Source: Octopus bimaculoides
Lineage: Eukaryota
NCBI RefSeq assembly: GCF_001194135.2
Contig: NC_068999.1
Span: 38,413,352-38,477,120, forward strand
Reading direction: 5' to 3'
Length of the DNA stretch: 63,769 nucleotides
Shown here: piece by piece, positions 1 to 13,315 of the stretch
Layout of the letters: every line of letters begins with the position of its first letter
Position numbering within the stretch: position 1 is the first letter of the stretch
Made by a program: the position numbers and the translations under genes
The notes under the pieces: generated by a model
What the model was told of the DNA's origin: nothing
Seen by the model: only the letters and a program-made list of their open reading frames with translations
Databases searched by the model: none

Positions 1-31
<31 letters not shown>

Positions 32-882
32 AACATCCATTCAGAAAAGGGCAAAGACATGTTGCATTGCACTATTCAAGGAAGTATACGGTTGTGCTCT
101 GAGCATTGCTCACAGTAAATAAAGATGAATGTATCATTTAAAGAGAAGTTTTGCTTTGAGTGGACATGAGATTAAGAATTTCTGCTATTCTGCATAGAGC
201 TGAAGATCATGGTATGGAGACGAAATGGTCAATCTAAAAGTGGAATGGGAAACTCAATGCCTATTTGACAGGATCCTTCCTACAATCCTTTCATAATCCT
301 ATTATAAAATTCAGCCTATAAATATCATATATTGTTGTTACTGTAGTCATTGTCGCTGCTGTTGTTGACTGGCTGGTTGGTCAGTTGGTTGGTTAGTAGA
401 TTGCCTCACTCGTTTGTGCTTTTATAAATAAATTTATCTCTTGCTAAGTTTTGACCTGAACAGATAAAATATGTGATAAATATTTATAGCTTTGTCTTTA
501 TTTAATTCTATCTATCTTGTCATGTTGCCCTAAGATAATCGTTTTAAACATGTACTTTACAATATAGAAGTGATAGTTGAGGGAAATGTGGTAGCTTCAT
601 TAAATGGATTCACGTTGTTTAAATGTTACTGTTTCAGTCCATGGTCAACCATAATCTTGCAGTTCTTTGATCAAAAGCAATAATCTCATAAATATCCAGT
701 TAATTTATTTTATTTTAATTGTTTTTTTAAATAGCTTATCTAAGACTCCTGTATTATCGTTTTATCATTGACTGTGCTTGTATAGTTCAGATGAAATTCT
801 TTGAGGCAGATTTACTACAACTAGGGGCTCTTCCTGTTGCCAGCTGTCACTTGTTTTCAGATAAGATAATATTTCCCCAAGG

Positions 883-1100
883 AAGGTAGTGAGCTGGCAG
901 AAACATTAATACCTGGTGAAATGCTTAGCGGTATTTTGTCTGTCTTCATGTTCTGAGCTCAAATTCTGCTGAGGTCGACTTTGCCTTTCATCCTTCTGGT
1001 GTCGATAAATTAAGTGCTAGTTGCGTACTGGGGTCCATCTAATCGACCAGCCTCCTCTCAAAAAATTTCGGGCCTTGTACCTAAAGTAGAAAAAAAAAAA
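883..1100 (+). mobile_element. tRNA-derived SINE, family A (my label)
   Basis: A-box-like gagctggcagaa, B-box-like gagctcaaatt, core gaggtcgactttgcctttcatcc, tail ggccttgtacctaaagtagaaaa. Many homologues in the window. Confidence 0.85.
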
Positions 1101-1197
1101 TTTCCCCAAAGGCTAGATGTATTTTCACAGAAGACAGAAGACAACAGGCATCACTTATATAACAGTGATACTCTTTTACAACTGTCTTATTTCTTTA

Positions 1198-1330
1198 TTG
1201 CCCACAAGGGGCTAAACATAGAGGGGACAAACAAGGACAGACAAAAGGATTAAGTCGAATACATCGACCCCAGGGCATAACTGGTACTTAATTTATCGAC
1301 CCCGAAAGGATGAAAGGCAATATCAACACC
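1198..1330 (-). mobile_element. SINE family A, 3' half, inverted
   Basis: Reverse complement of the core (atcgaccccgaaaggatgaaaggcaa). Confidence 0.8.
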
Positions 1331-1736
1331 AGCTTAAATTGGACGGAAATGTGTGATAATGCTGGACTTTTGAATTAAAACTAACAATCCATTCAGCATG
1401 CCTCACTAGAGTTTCCTGTGATCCAGATTCACTTCTAACAGTTTGCATCCCAAATTCAAATATCATCCCATGATGCAATGCAATGGGATTGAACCAGGCA
1501 CACTATGATTGTGAAAAGGATTTCATAGCCATCCACCATGCATCTATTTGTTCCAGTTCACCTCTCTACACAACAACAAAATCATCAACAGCTCCTTCCT
1601 CATGCCTGAATGGTTACAAGTTTTTTGATTTCACAAATCAAACATTTCATTGATACAAAAGTTAAAGCAAAATAATTTTTAAAAAGATATGAAATATTTT
1701 AATTTTCCAGCGAATTAACCTCAGTTTTAGCTTGTT

Positions 1737-1739
<3 letters not shown>

Positions 1740-1808
<69 letters not shown>
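1740..1808. repeat. (TG)n microsatellite. Other long (TG/CA)n tracts at about 3017-3054, 13260-13308, 27536-27572, 32996-33045, 38346-38401, 41864-41930
   Basis: Seen directly. Confidence 0.98.
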
Positions 1809-1812
<4 letters not shown>

Positions 1813-2600
1813 TTGTGGTGTTGTGGTGACAGTGGTCCCTTAACTCATGATGAAGTCATAGGAGTGCTGTCTTGACATTGGGTGTGCCTTGAGTGCATTT
1901 CAAATGACGGCGCCCCTCCTCCTCCTCCTCCAGATGTGAATGCATCTGATTTGTTCTGGAGAGGAGGAAGGGGAGGAGGAGGAGGAAGAAAAGAAGAAAC
2001 CACTTTATTATTGCATTGGGGCAAAGTTGATATTGACTGTATTTGAACTCCAAACACAGGGAGCCAGATCAAAGGTCACATGGCATTATATCCAACTTGC
2101 TAATGACCACCTGATCATCACACATCCGTGTATGTACATCGTTTATATACAATTTAGTCTACATACAGTTCAGTTTATGCGGTTGTACACTGTACATGCC
2201 CCAATTGCCTGGTATACAAAAGAAGTTGGTAATGTGGCTGCCTTTAGTGGGAAGTAAAGGTTCATAGTTCAAATACAATTTGGGGCTGTATACACATTAA
2301 GGAACCAGACACCTGATGTTAACCAGAGATCAAAACAATGGAAATATCTTCCGTAGATGTAAACAGTGGAGTGATGAAATGAATAGTCTGGGAAATTATA
2401 ATCGCATTATCAAGGAATTATCTTGGACATTTAGACAAGAGGAAATATAAAAAAGAAAGTTTATTTTCTTGTGTCTTGTAAATGTTTTAAGACAAGATGT
2501 CTCTTCTGGTAGCTCAAAGACATTTTTATGTCTCAAATACTTGATTATTGCACACAGAAGACATCAACTTATTTAGCCATTTATTTATTTATTTAGTCAT

Positions 2601-2635
<35 letters not shown>

Positions 2636-3015
2636 TTGGCAAGATACCATGTATCTAAAGCATGAAATTCTTTCCCAACATTTTATCTAACCATCAGAAT
2701 TACTGAAAATGTTAGATCTTACCTTAACTTCATGAAGGAATAGCTCAATCAGTTTTGGTGACTTTATTTAATGTGTTCCATTAATAATTGTTGTCTTTAT
2801 CATCGTCTTAATGTCCACTTTACCATGCTTGCATGGGCCAAATGGAATTCGGTGAGGCAGATCTTCTACAGCTGGGTGCCTTTTCTGTTGCTAACCCTCA
2901 CCTGCTTTCAAGTGAATTAAGATTTCCTCACAACCAGAAATGTTTTTGTGGAAGACTGGAAATGAAGGACACAGTACGATGAAGTTCATTTTACATCTTT
3001 ACCTGTCAAGACAAG

Positions 3016-3056
<41 letters not shown>

Positions 3057-3811
3057 GTGTATTTTCAAGAAAGAATCTTTTGAATAGAATGCGTTAAAAA
3101 ATGCTAAATAGGAGACGAAAGATATTTTCAAATTAAAATATTATCGACAGAAGAAGAGAATATGGTTATTTCATTTTAGTTAAACTATGTTATTTAATTT
3201 GTTTTCTGCTTTAGCGTATTCTGTTCTGGTTTTCTTTTTCTTTTTTTTTTTTGTTTTGAAATTTTGTATTTTAATTTTGTAGTTTCTTACAATAAGAGAC
3301 AAGGATTACAATGAGAAGGAACAGGAAATAGAACAGACACTTTTTTTATTGTCACACATATTCTGGATAATGTTTCCAAAAGAAAATTGGGAAAAAAATA
3401 CATACATACATACAAGCATACATACATACAAACATACATAACATTGTAAATACAAATGTATCACAAACCCGATATATTACTTGTGGTATCCGTCTGCTTG
3501 TCCAATGAATACTTGTAACCAAATATACTATTTTAAATAATTGAAAATAGATGGAATAATGTTAATAGTATTGAAAAATTACAAATAAACAAATACACAT
3601 TTCTATGTGTATGCATGTGAATGCATATGTGTGTGTATTTACCTGTAAATATGTATATAAATATGTATATAGGTATACATATATCCACACACACACATAC
3701 ATTTATGTATACACAAGCATATGTGTGTGTATATTTATGTGTAAATATGCATGTGCATGTATGAATATATATGTGTATNNNNNNNNNNGTATATATGTGT
3801 GTGTGTGTATG

Positions 3812-3856
<45 letters not shown>

Positions 3857-5234
3857 GTATATATATGTGTATATATATGTGTATGTATGTATATATAAAT
3901 GTAAATACATGTGTATACACATGCGCACACACATCTCATTACCAAAAAAGAAATATTAATAAATACAGATAAAAAAAGAAAAGCAGGCATGAAATTTAGA
4001 CACAACATTGATTTAATCAGGTGTATAGTTTCTTAATTTCTTGCTTATTTTTTCAGAAGTATTTTAAGGTTTCAATCTTATCCGCAGTACACAGACATGG
4101 GATAAACATGATTTTAGTCTTCGAAATCTTCCAACTTTATGAATCATCTTGTGCATGCCTCAAGCAATGGTTATTACTTGTGCTGGTTTCTTTTAGTTTT
4201 GTTCCAATACTGACATTAATGGAAATACACACACACGCACACACGCATATTTATTCTGTTTCCAATTCACTGAACTTTTACTTGAAGTCAGATTATTGCT
4301 ATAATTATTGTGGGTGTTTATTATTATCATTATTATTCTTTTTTATATGTATTTAATTTAAGAAAACACTTACATGATATAGAATTTTGAAATTACGAAT
4401 GATTACATTTTTGAGAGAATTGAATTTTTAAAAACTAATTGAATTAATCTAGAAAAAATTTAGTAAAGAAAATGTGTGATAATTATGATACTAATAATAA
4501 TATTAAAAAGTAAATTTTATTATATCCTCAAGATAGTATCTAGTAAATATTTTCCTATGTTGTAATAGGAGGCAAAAAGGAAAAAGAAAAACAGAAAATA
4601 AGAAAAAATGTATACCTTGGTTACAATAGGTTTTATTCAATATCTTATGATTCTATAGCAACATTTCCATATATTTGCTTTCTTTCTTGAAACTAAACAA
4701 AAACAAAATTATTCTTGTGTTGCCAGATAAAAATTAATTTTATCACATTTCTATTGATTTTTGAAGTAAAGGAAATAAAAAAAAAGAAAAGAAATATACT
4801 TGGAGCAAAAATATAAAAATATAAATAAATGAAAATATTAAAAGTTGTAAAAACAAAAGATTCATGACACGCAAATTCTTGTCAAACGAATACTTTTTAA
4901 CTGAATATTGTTTGCAAAATAACTAATATTTTAGTTTGAACACATACATGCTTGCACTAATATATATATATATACACACACACTTACACACACATTTATT
5001 GGCTGTGATGGTCTTCAATGCTATAATATGCTACAGAGTTAAGCTATATATGTATATATACACACGCACATATATGTGTATACATGTATATGTACATCAA
5101 GCCACTTCTTTATAATAATAAAATTCTATTCACACATGCAATTATGGTTGAAATCTATAGCTTTATTCAGCAGTAGATTGTCATATTATGATATCAACAG
5201 CTCATAAGCAATCACTGTCAATACGTCTGTAATC

Positions 5235-5450
5235 TATATCCTCCTCCTCCTCCTCATTATCATCACCACCATCATCATCCTCTTCTTTATCATCATCCTC
5301 ATTATCATCATCATCATCCTCATCATCTTCATCTTTGTCGTCATCATCATCATCATTATCATCTTCGTCACCATCATCATCATTATCATCTTCGTCACCA
5401 TCATCATCATTATCATCATCATCTCATCATCATCATCCTCCTCCTCTAAT
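5235..5450. repeat. (CAT)n-derived compound repeat containing a higher-order unit of about 27 bp
   Basis: catcatcatcattatcatcttcgtcac repeated 2-3 times, abutting a minus-strand RTE-type tail. Confidence 0.85.
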
Positions 5451-5799
5451 GTCTGCTTTCCCTGCTGGCATGGGTTGGGTGGTTTGACAGGAGCTGATGA
5501 GGCTGGAGGAGGTTGCGACTGGCCCCGTTTTCTATTCTGGCATGCTCTCTATGGCCGGATGCCCTTCCCAACAACAATCCCTGTTCTAAGAGCTTCTTAT
5601 GTGGTTCAAGTATCCGTGCTTTTTTTTGTTGGCACTGTCACCAGTGCTTTCTATGTGGCTAGCATCAATTCTGCTGTGGAGGCTGGGTCTGCTTGAAGGC
5701 AGTGAGGTGCCATGCTGCTTAATGCTGAACGAATGAGAAAAGAGTTCTTAATGTCTGTTGCAAAGGCTAATAATGTAAATAATGTACATAATTCCTCAT

Positions 5800-6940
5800 C
5801 TCTTAAATGTAGAACTGCCACTTTAACATTTGGAAAACTAGAGTAAACACTGTGGGCGGATCGGAGTTTTCATCTGGCAACTAAAACAAGTGTGTGCAGA
5901 TCATGTGTTCTTACTTTCTTATTTGTATGGATTTGAGATGTGGATATGAAATGAATTGAAAGTTTCATTAAAACTGTCTTAGATGGATTATCGGAGTTAA
6001 GTGGACGTCTTTGATACTTAAAACAAAAATAGTGAGGAGAGCTAGTTGTGAAAGGTTTGAGGTGATTAACNNNNNNNNNNNNNNNNNNNNNNNNNNNNNN
6101 NNNNNNNNNNNNNNNNNNNNNNNNNNNNNNNNNNNNNNNNNNNNNNNNNNNNNNNNNNNNNNNNNNNNNNNNNNNNNNNNNNNNNNNNNNNNNNNNNNNN
6201 NNNNNNNNNNNNNNNNNNNNNNNNNNNNNNNNNNNNNNNNNNNNNNNNNNNNNNNNNNNNNNNNNNNNNNNNNNNNNNNNNNNNNNNNNNNNNNNNNNNN
6301 NNNNNNNNNNNNNNNNNNNNNNNNNNNNNNNNNNNNNNNNNNNNNNNNNNNNNNNNNNNNNNNNNNNNNNNNNNNNNNNNNNNNNNNNNNNNNNNNNNNN
6401 NNNNNNNNNNNNNNNNNNNNNNNNNNNNNNNNNNNNNNNNNNNNNNNNNNNNNNNNNNNNNNNNNNNNNNNNNNNNNNNNNNNNNNNNNNNNNNNNNNNN
6501 NNNNNAAATCGTCCAACCCAAGCTAGCATGGAAAGCGGACGTTAAATGACGACGACGACGACGAGATGTGTTAGTCTGGCCATATTGTCAGGATGGATGA
6601 TGATACCAGGTTGCCCCAGAGATGGTTTTAAGGTGAGCTTTCAAATAAAAAAAAAAAAAAAAGGCCAAGTCATAAGCCCAAAGAAGTGATTCAAAGATGT
6701 GGTTAAGGATTTTTCAAAGACTCTGGATCTGGAGAGTAGACAAAGGAAATCTTTAGTAAAGACCAGAACAGAAATGAATGCAAGAAGTTTGAGGCAAAGT
6801 GTATTAAACAGGCAGAGTTCAAGAGATCCTTTTGAAAGGGAGAAAAGCAGAGATTCCAGAAGATTTCAACCCAGAATTTCAATGCCGTGTGTGCAATAGT
6901 GAATTGCTTTCTAGAATTGATCTCATTAATCAACAAAAAA
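5800..6940 (+). mobile_element. RTE (BovB-like) LINE 3' ORF remnant, interrupted by an N-gap and an inserted repeat tail
   Basis: Degenerate FGKLE*TLWADR...LATKTSVCRSCVLT..LYG.EMW...CLRWIIGVKW, then GHIVRMDDDTRLPQ...GELS...HKPKK*FKDVVK, and a terminal FQCRVCNSELLSRIDLINQQK corresponding to the C2H2-like RTE end. Confidence 0.8.
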
Positions 6941-7980
6941 TACCTGGAAGACACACACTGCTGCTGCTAAAAATGATTAATTTTGCAGCAGAGCCCAGGT
7001 AATTATATCATGTCTGTCTAAAAACTTGTCATTGTTAAAGTGGTCTAACCATATACTATAATTTTCATTGACAACATGATCAGGGCCGTAATATTCAGTT
7101 TGTGAGTCATATTTGTGAGAAAACATGAAATTCTGAAGCCAGGCTTAAAAGCTGCTTAGGTGCCCATGGCCAGGTTCTTATCAAAGACTTTTCATAAAAC
7201 TAATAAAGAATTTAGTAAAAATAAAAAATTGTCAATTTTCAGTTGGTGTTCAAAATAATTTTGCATAAAATTTTGATGAGATTTTAATTTGATCCCTTTA
7301 AAATTGGAACATTGCATCTCAGAACCAGGAGTGATCTCAGCTAATGATTCAAATGAGACTTTCAGACTGAAAACAGTTTTGACCATTTGCAGTATAGAAT
7401 TTCAGATTATTCATGAAGAAGAGTTGGGGGTGAACCTGCTTCTCTCTCTTTCTCCTCCCTAGATACCTGGTCATTCATTGAAAATTACTCTTTCATTACC
7501 CAATTTATTCAACACAATACTTTCCAAATACCTGTGTTCTAACAATGCAGATAAGAACTGAAATGTCTGTGACAAAGCTAAACAGTAGATCCAGTTGTAA
7601 ATTTGGTGCCTGGACAATTTGCATGAAAGCATCTTTTGTTTACATTAAGATTTCCTTTGCTGTAATAATTGCCACGATAGTCAATGCCTTTCTGCTGGTT
7701 AGAAGAGATGAAATCCCCCAGGAATTGTAGACAGCATTCTTCACTTATACAATTGGAATATGACTGTAACAGGAACATTTATATACGCTTCTCGTGTGCA
7801 GTGTCCTTACATCCAAAGAAATATATACGTATTTACATATATGTATGTATATAAATGTGGGTATCTGTATATATGTGTATATGCACACGTACATGTATGT
7901 ATGCATATACATACACACACATATATATGTATATATATATATGTGTGTTTGTATATATATGTATGTATGTATGCATATAT

Positions 7981-8012
<32 letters not shown>

Positions 8013-9012
8013 GATGCACACACACTCATATAGGTATGTATATATGTACATACATGTGTATGTATACATACACTTGTACAAAAGTAGATAAATGCAGATA
8101 AATACATAAATGCACATATACATGTATACTTATGTGCCTACATACACTCACCACTGTGCTATCATTAGGGACAAGCCTCAACAAATCTTATAGGTCAACC
8201 ATATTAATGTCTGAGACTAAGTATAAAATCTATTTTCTAATTCAAAGGAAAAAAGCAATCTGTCATGAGAGTGTATTATATTATAAAAGGAGAAGATTGC
8301 ATGTAGAATCATATTTCCTTCTGAAAGATTATCAAACTAAAAATATAATAGTTTGGAAACTTTTCCTGCTGTATAAAATATTTGGCAAGGAAATCTATTG
8401 ATATAGGAAAGAATCCAAATTAAGGCTTCTTGTTATCACTTATTTCTAATCAACATTTTTGAAATTAGGGAAGAAACAGAGTAACAGCTTAAGGGCAAAA
8501 ATTATCCTGACAGTTGCAAAGATGTCTAATTTCAATATCTTTGAGAAAACAAAGCAAAATAAGGAAACGACCGATCTTAAATACAAACAGAATAAATTAT
8601 AGCGATAGTTTCCCCTCGAGGTGAGAATCAAGCAATTAGCATTCACGTCGGAAAATCAAAGTCATACACAAAGACAGGAAACTTTTCTATAAAGTACATA
8701 TGCTAAAATAAGACATTTTTGTAAATTTTGAGATGAACTGATTTCGTTTGGCATATATATATATATATATATATANNNNNNNNNNNNNNNNNNNNNNNNN
8801 NNNNNNNNNNNNNNNNNNNNNNNNNNNNNNNNNNNNNNNNNNNNNNNNNNNNNNNNNNNNNNNNNNNNNNNNNNNNNNNNNNNNNNNNNNNNNNNNNNNN
8901 NNNNNNNNNNNNNNNNNNNNNNNNNNNNNNNNNNNNNNNNNNNNNNNNNNNNNNNNNNNNNNNNNNNNNNNNNNNNNNNNNNNNNNNNNNNNNNNNNNNN
9001 NNNNNNNNNNNN

Positions 9013-9047
<35 letters not shown>

Positions 9048-10110
9048 CAATTCATTTTCCATGTAGAATGAATTGAGCTGTAAATAGCCTGTAAATAGAA
9101 AAGGAGGCAAAACCATTTGAAAAATATGTGTGCATGTATGCTTGGGTCTGTATGTATATATGAATGCAGATAATTGTAAGCATGTATATTTATCAATATG
9201 TATATATGCATTTGTATATATTCATCTGCATAAATATATTTAGCTCTATTTTTGCTTGCATATACATATATGCATACAAACACACACACATATATATATA
9301 CATACATATATTTATATACATATAATAATGACACCTACAAGCATACATATATACCCACGTTCTCTCTCCCACACATGTACACATGTATGTGTGGCGTGTA
9401 TGATAAAAGATTCAATCAGTTTTGAAAAGTATAATGAAAATATCTGTTAATAGCAAACTGCTTCTCAAGTTGTGATATTTTTCTCATCGTATGAATATTT
9501 ATTTGAGAATTGTTGCCGATTCCATTTGGGAAAATTGTATCTTGTATTGAAACATTAACAAAACATTCATTAATTCAAGGAATATGATACGATTCATTGG
9601 ATTTAACCTCAAAATTGATTTCAGAATCGAACTTCTGAATTCCTTAATTGTTTGATTATTTCTGGAAAATTGTGAACTGTTGTGGTTACATTGTTATATC
9701 ACATCTCTCTCTCCCAAAATATTACAAAAACACTGTTAAATTCTACATGATTTGAAGTGTATGCTATATTTATATATGTTGGATATACTTCAAATTATTT
9801 AGAATGAGAGAAAGGGGAGGGAGGGAGAGGGAGAGGAGGTAGGGAGAGAGAGAGAGAGAGGGGAGAGAGAGATGGGAGCTTGTTCCACTGTGTTACCTAC
9901 TGTATAATTTAGTTAATGACAAACTGAAATAATTTTATTGTGTGTGTATCTGGTCATAAGATCATGCATGCATGTGTGTGTGTGTGCATGTGTGTGCTTT
10001 TGTATTTAAACATATAGGTTTATGGGTGCATGGAAACATATTTGTAATTATTATTTATGCAAATGTGTATGTATCTACATGTATATGTAAACTTTATGTA
10101 TACATATAAT

Positions 10111-10171
<61 letters not shown>

Positions 10172-10359
10172 CTTATTTGGAAATGGATGCATGGTGTTCA
10201 TTTAAATGATAATAATAAATAATATATGTATATATAGGTATAGGATGTCACCAACTGTGTAAACAACATGAGCTACATAGACAAACAAGTTAAATATGTA
10301 AACAACGAGAAGAAAAATGGAAAACAGGACAAGTAAACACAGAGAAACGCCCCTTCGTC

Positions 10360-10740
10360 AGTAGATAGACTTCATTCTATTTGCAAATAAGTCATAAAGC
10401 AGACAGCTATGAACAAAGTGAACGTTGTAAGTGACCATAGGCACGTCAAATGTAAAGTACAAACAAACACAACTAAAGAAAGGAACAAGAAACCAAGGAA
10501 GTCACAGAGAATTTGCATGGAAGACTTCATGCCAAAAGTCTCAGAATTCCAGTTAGCCTTGAAAAATAATTTTGATATACTTTGGGACAACTAGAAAGAC
10601 AGTAACAGTACAGAGGAAATATAGAATATTATTACTGAGACAATAAGAAAACATAGGAAACTACTTCTAAGAAGAAAAAGCCAAGAACATTACCAAAAAA
10701 GATTATTAATCTCATGATTATCCAAAGAACAATGAAACAA
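10360..10740 (+). mobile_element. LINE AP-endonuclease C-terminal remnant (RTE-like)
   Basis: IDFIL followed by MNKVNVVSDHRHVKCKVQ...KER matches the NEIDFI...SDHR motif that ends APE domains. Confidence 0.6.
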
Positions 10741-11132
10741 AACTCATTTACCCAAGACAATGAAAAACGTGTCCACATATAGAGGTTTATATTTGAAACT
10801 GGTGTTGTGTAGTAAAAATGGAACTTTAAATGCAGACTGTATTGCTGCTTATACAACCCGTGTCGTTGAAAGTGTGTCACTCAACAAAAGATAAGGAACT
10901 GATTTATCTGAACTAAGAAATCAAAATGGACGTTCCTAATTGATGACATCTTGAGAAAGTTATTATTACTACTTATATATTGTTTGTGGAAAGCAATTTA
11001 TCAAATTTATATCTCAGTGGAAATTTGAAGATCAGTTTTTAGTTCATTTGCTCCTTGGCATCGTCTCTTGTTTTCTTTTCGTGTTATTGCTCTACAATGA
11101 CTATGGATGATTTTATTATTGTTTCTTATTGC

Positions 11133-11296
11133 AAGGTGGTCAGCTGGCAGAGTTGTTAGTGCACCGTACAAAATGCTTAGCAATATTTCGTCCGTCTTTA
11201 TGTTCTGAGTTCAAATTCCTCTGAGGCTGACTGTACCTTTTATCCTTTCAGGGTCAAAAAAATAAGTACCTGTTATGTACTGGGGTTGATGAACTG
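11133..11296 (+). mobile_element. SINE family A copy, host of the MITE insertion
   Basis: cagctggcagag...ctgagttcaaatt...cctttcagggtc...gtactggggttgat, interrupted by the MITE. Confidence 0.85.
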
Positions 11297-11511
11297 GGTA
11301 CTACTAAAGCAGCGTGGTCCCGAATGCGTAGTCGCGCATCCACGCTAGCTAATCGTGAGTGGTCGATCCTACAAAAAGTGCGCGTGCACGCGTGTGCAAA
11401 TGAATACGTGTTTAGGGTTAGGGATAGGGTTAGGGTTAGGATCGACCACTGACGACTAGCTAGCGCGGACGCACAACTGTGTGTTCGGGACCACGCTGCT
11501 TTAGTAGTACC
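11297..11511. mobile_element. Non-autonomous DNA transposon (MITE), 215 bp, Merlin- or MULE-like, with internal telomeric repeats
   Basis: Perfect 28-bp TIR ggtactactaaagcagcgtggtcccgaa (11297-11324; reverse complement at 11484-11511), extending imperfectly to 74 bp (11297-11370 and 11438-11511). Flanked by an exact 9-bp direct repeat gatgaactg (11288-11296 and 11512-11520). Confidence 0.93.
11412..11440 (+). repeat. Interstitial telomeric-type (TTAGGG)n tract inside the MITE
   Basis: ttagggttagggatagggttagggttagg: about 5 units with one ATAGGG variant. Confidence 0.9.
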
Positions 11512-11854
11512 GATGAACTGTCTGCATATTTTTTGTGCATATTTTCACCTGCACATTTGCCACACGCAAAGACTATATTCTGTTAACCTTCAATTATATA
11601 TATATATATAGAGAGATGCTAATCTGTTCCTAGTAAATCATTAGCATGGTACATATATATGCATACATTTGTGTATGTATGTTGGTGGGTATATGTGTAT
11701 TGACGTATATGTGTGTATGAATGGATCATTCTGAAGATTTACTCACCATCTAACCATTTTTACAAGCACATGTGCACTTGGACACATGTACACACAGACA
11801 CATGTAAATATGCAAGTGTATATGTTTGTACATATACATGTGTATATATGTATA

Positions 11855-11918
<64 letters not shown>

Positions 11919-12732
11919 TATGTATATATTGTACCTTCTGTTACATTGGTACCATGGCTTCAAACTAGGTTGAACATTTCAATTTATATGTAACTGAGAA
12001 ATATCATATTATAAAACACAAACTGTGCCAATAACAAAGAGAAGACAGAGCTAATATCGATTTGTAGACACAATATGACATTTTTGCTATCTCTTTTCAT
12101 GGTAGCAGACAAAACACCAGGGCGTCACACATTTCTTGATAAGTCACTATCTTGTCTTTTGCTTGAAAAATCACTTTTATTTACATTCTCTCTTTTTCTC
12201 TCTCTCTCATTATCTTTCTCTATTTTCCTCTCTTTCTCTATTTTCCTCTCTTTCTCTCTCTAATTTTCTTTTACTGTTTAACTGTGCCTCTTTCTTCTTC
12301 ACTCATTTTATCTCTCTCTCTCTCTCTCTCTTTTCTGTTTGCTTTCTTTCTCTTTCATTGCATTTTTTTCTATTTTCCCATCTTATCATTATCTTTCTTT
12401 AATACCTCTCTTTCAATATATCACTGTCATTCTATTCATTTATCTCTTTCAACCTGCATTAATACACACACCACTCTATTTCATTGCATTTCTCTCTCTC
12501 TCATTTGTGCTCACTCTCTCTTCCTCATCTCCTCTCTTTCATTTTCTCTCTCTCTGGTGTTCTTTAATCTCTTCTCATGCAATCTCGAACAACTCTCATT
12601 TCTTTTCAATTAATTTTATTTCAGTTCTTTTCATGCATACTTTCCATTAAATTTTATTCACGAATGCAGCGAATGAACCGTTAAACATTCACTTGACCTG
12701 AACTGACTTGACCTGACCTGATCAAGCAGCCG

Positions 12733-12968
12733 AATCTCTTTCAGATCATTATCCGACATCTTACAACTCATCTGTCGTCATAGATAAACACTGACTGGAA
12801 ATGAGATGATGTGATCACATTTAAAAAACACTTTGATCATAAGTCTTCTCAATCTCTTTCAAATTATACCAAAACATCTTGCAACTTATTTGTTGTCATA
12901 AATACATGTTGTCTGGAAATAAGACAAGTTGATCATCTCTAAAAACAACTTCAGTCATAAGTCTTGTC
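12733..12968. repeat. Diverged ungapped tandem duplication, 2 x 118 bp
   Basis: aatctctttc at 12733 and 12851, aatc again at 12969. About 32 mismatches in 118 positions by hand alignment, no indels. Confidence 0.85.
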
Positions 12969-13241
12969 AATCAGTGTTGACATAAGACTATTTAAAAAAG
13001 CCATCGTCATGATAAGCACCACCCTCTAATAGTAATACCAATGACATCAGGATTAGCACAAATTTAGAAAAAGATTGAATTACAAATATGAGAATTCAAT
13101 TATTAAAAAGACATTTCTAAAAGCGTCATATAAATGTCATTGTAGCAAAGTGTCAGTTAAAATAAAGAGAATTAAATCATAGAGTAATGACATAATGGAA
13201 TTCACAGTTGTCTCTAGCGAAATGATAATTGTCATGTACAT

Positions 13242-13314
<73 letters not shown>

Positions 13315-13315
<1 letters not shown>

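Noticed and set aside
883-960. tRNA genes suggested by A/B-box-like motifs
   Set aside because: These are SINE heads: multi-copy, continuing into SINE bodies, with no complete cloverleaf.
3283-3395. Possible exon FLTIRDKDYNEKEQEIEQTL after a strong acceptor-like tract
   Set aside because: No donor and no convincing match to CCDC39 or any protein I recognise.
3533-4008. ORFs made of YI/CV/HT/SL repeats (here and at about 7.8, 18, 27, 35, 45 and 62 kb)
   Set aside because: Translations of (TA)n, (TG)n, (CA)n and (GA)n microsatellites, which have no stops in some frames.
6906-7004. gcccag/gtaatt as the donor of the missing 93-bp CCDC39 exon 5
   Set aside because: The required frame has an in-frame stop, there is no acceptor 93 bp upstream, and the sequence is an RTE remnant.
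8550-8700. CpG-containing segment with a gag/gtgaga donor-like site as a first exon or promoter, including a search for an RFX X-box
   Set aside because: No canonical X-box and no supporting coding sequence. Too weak without transcript data.
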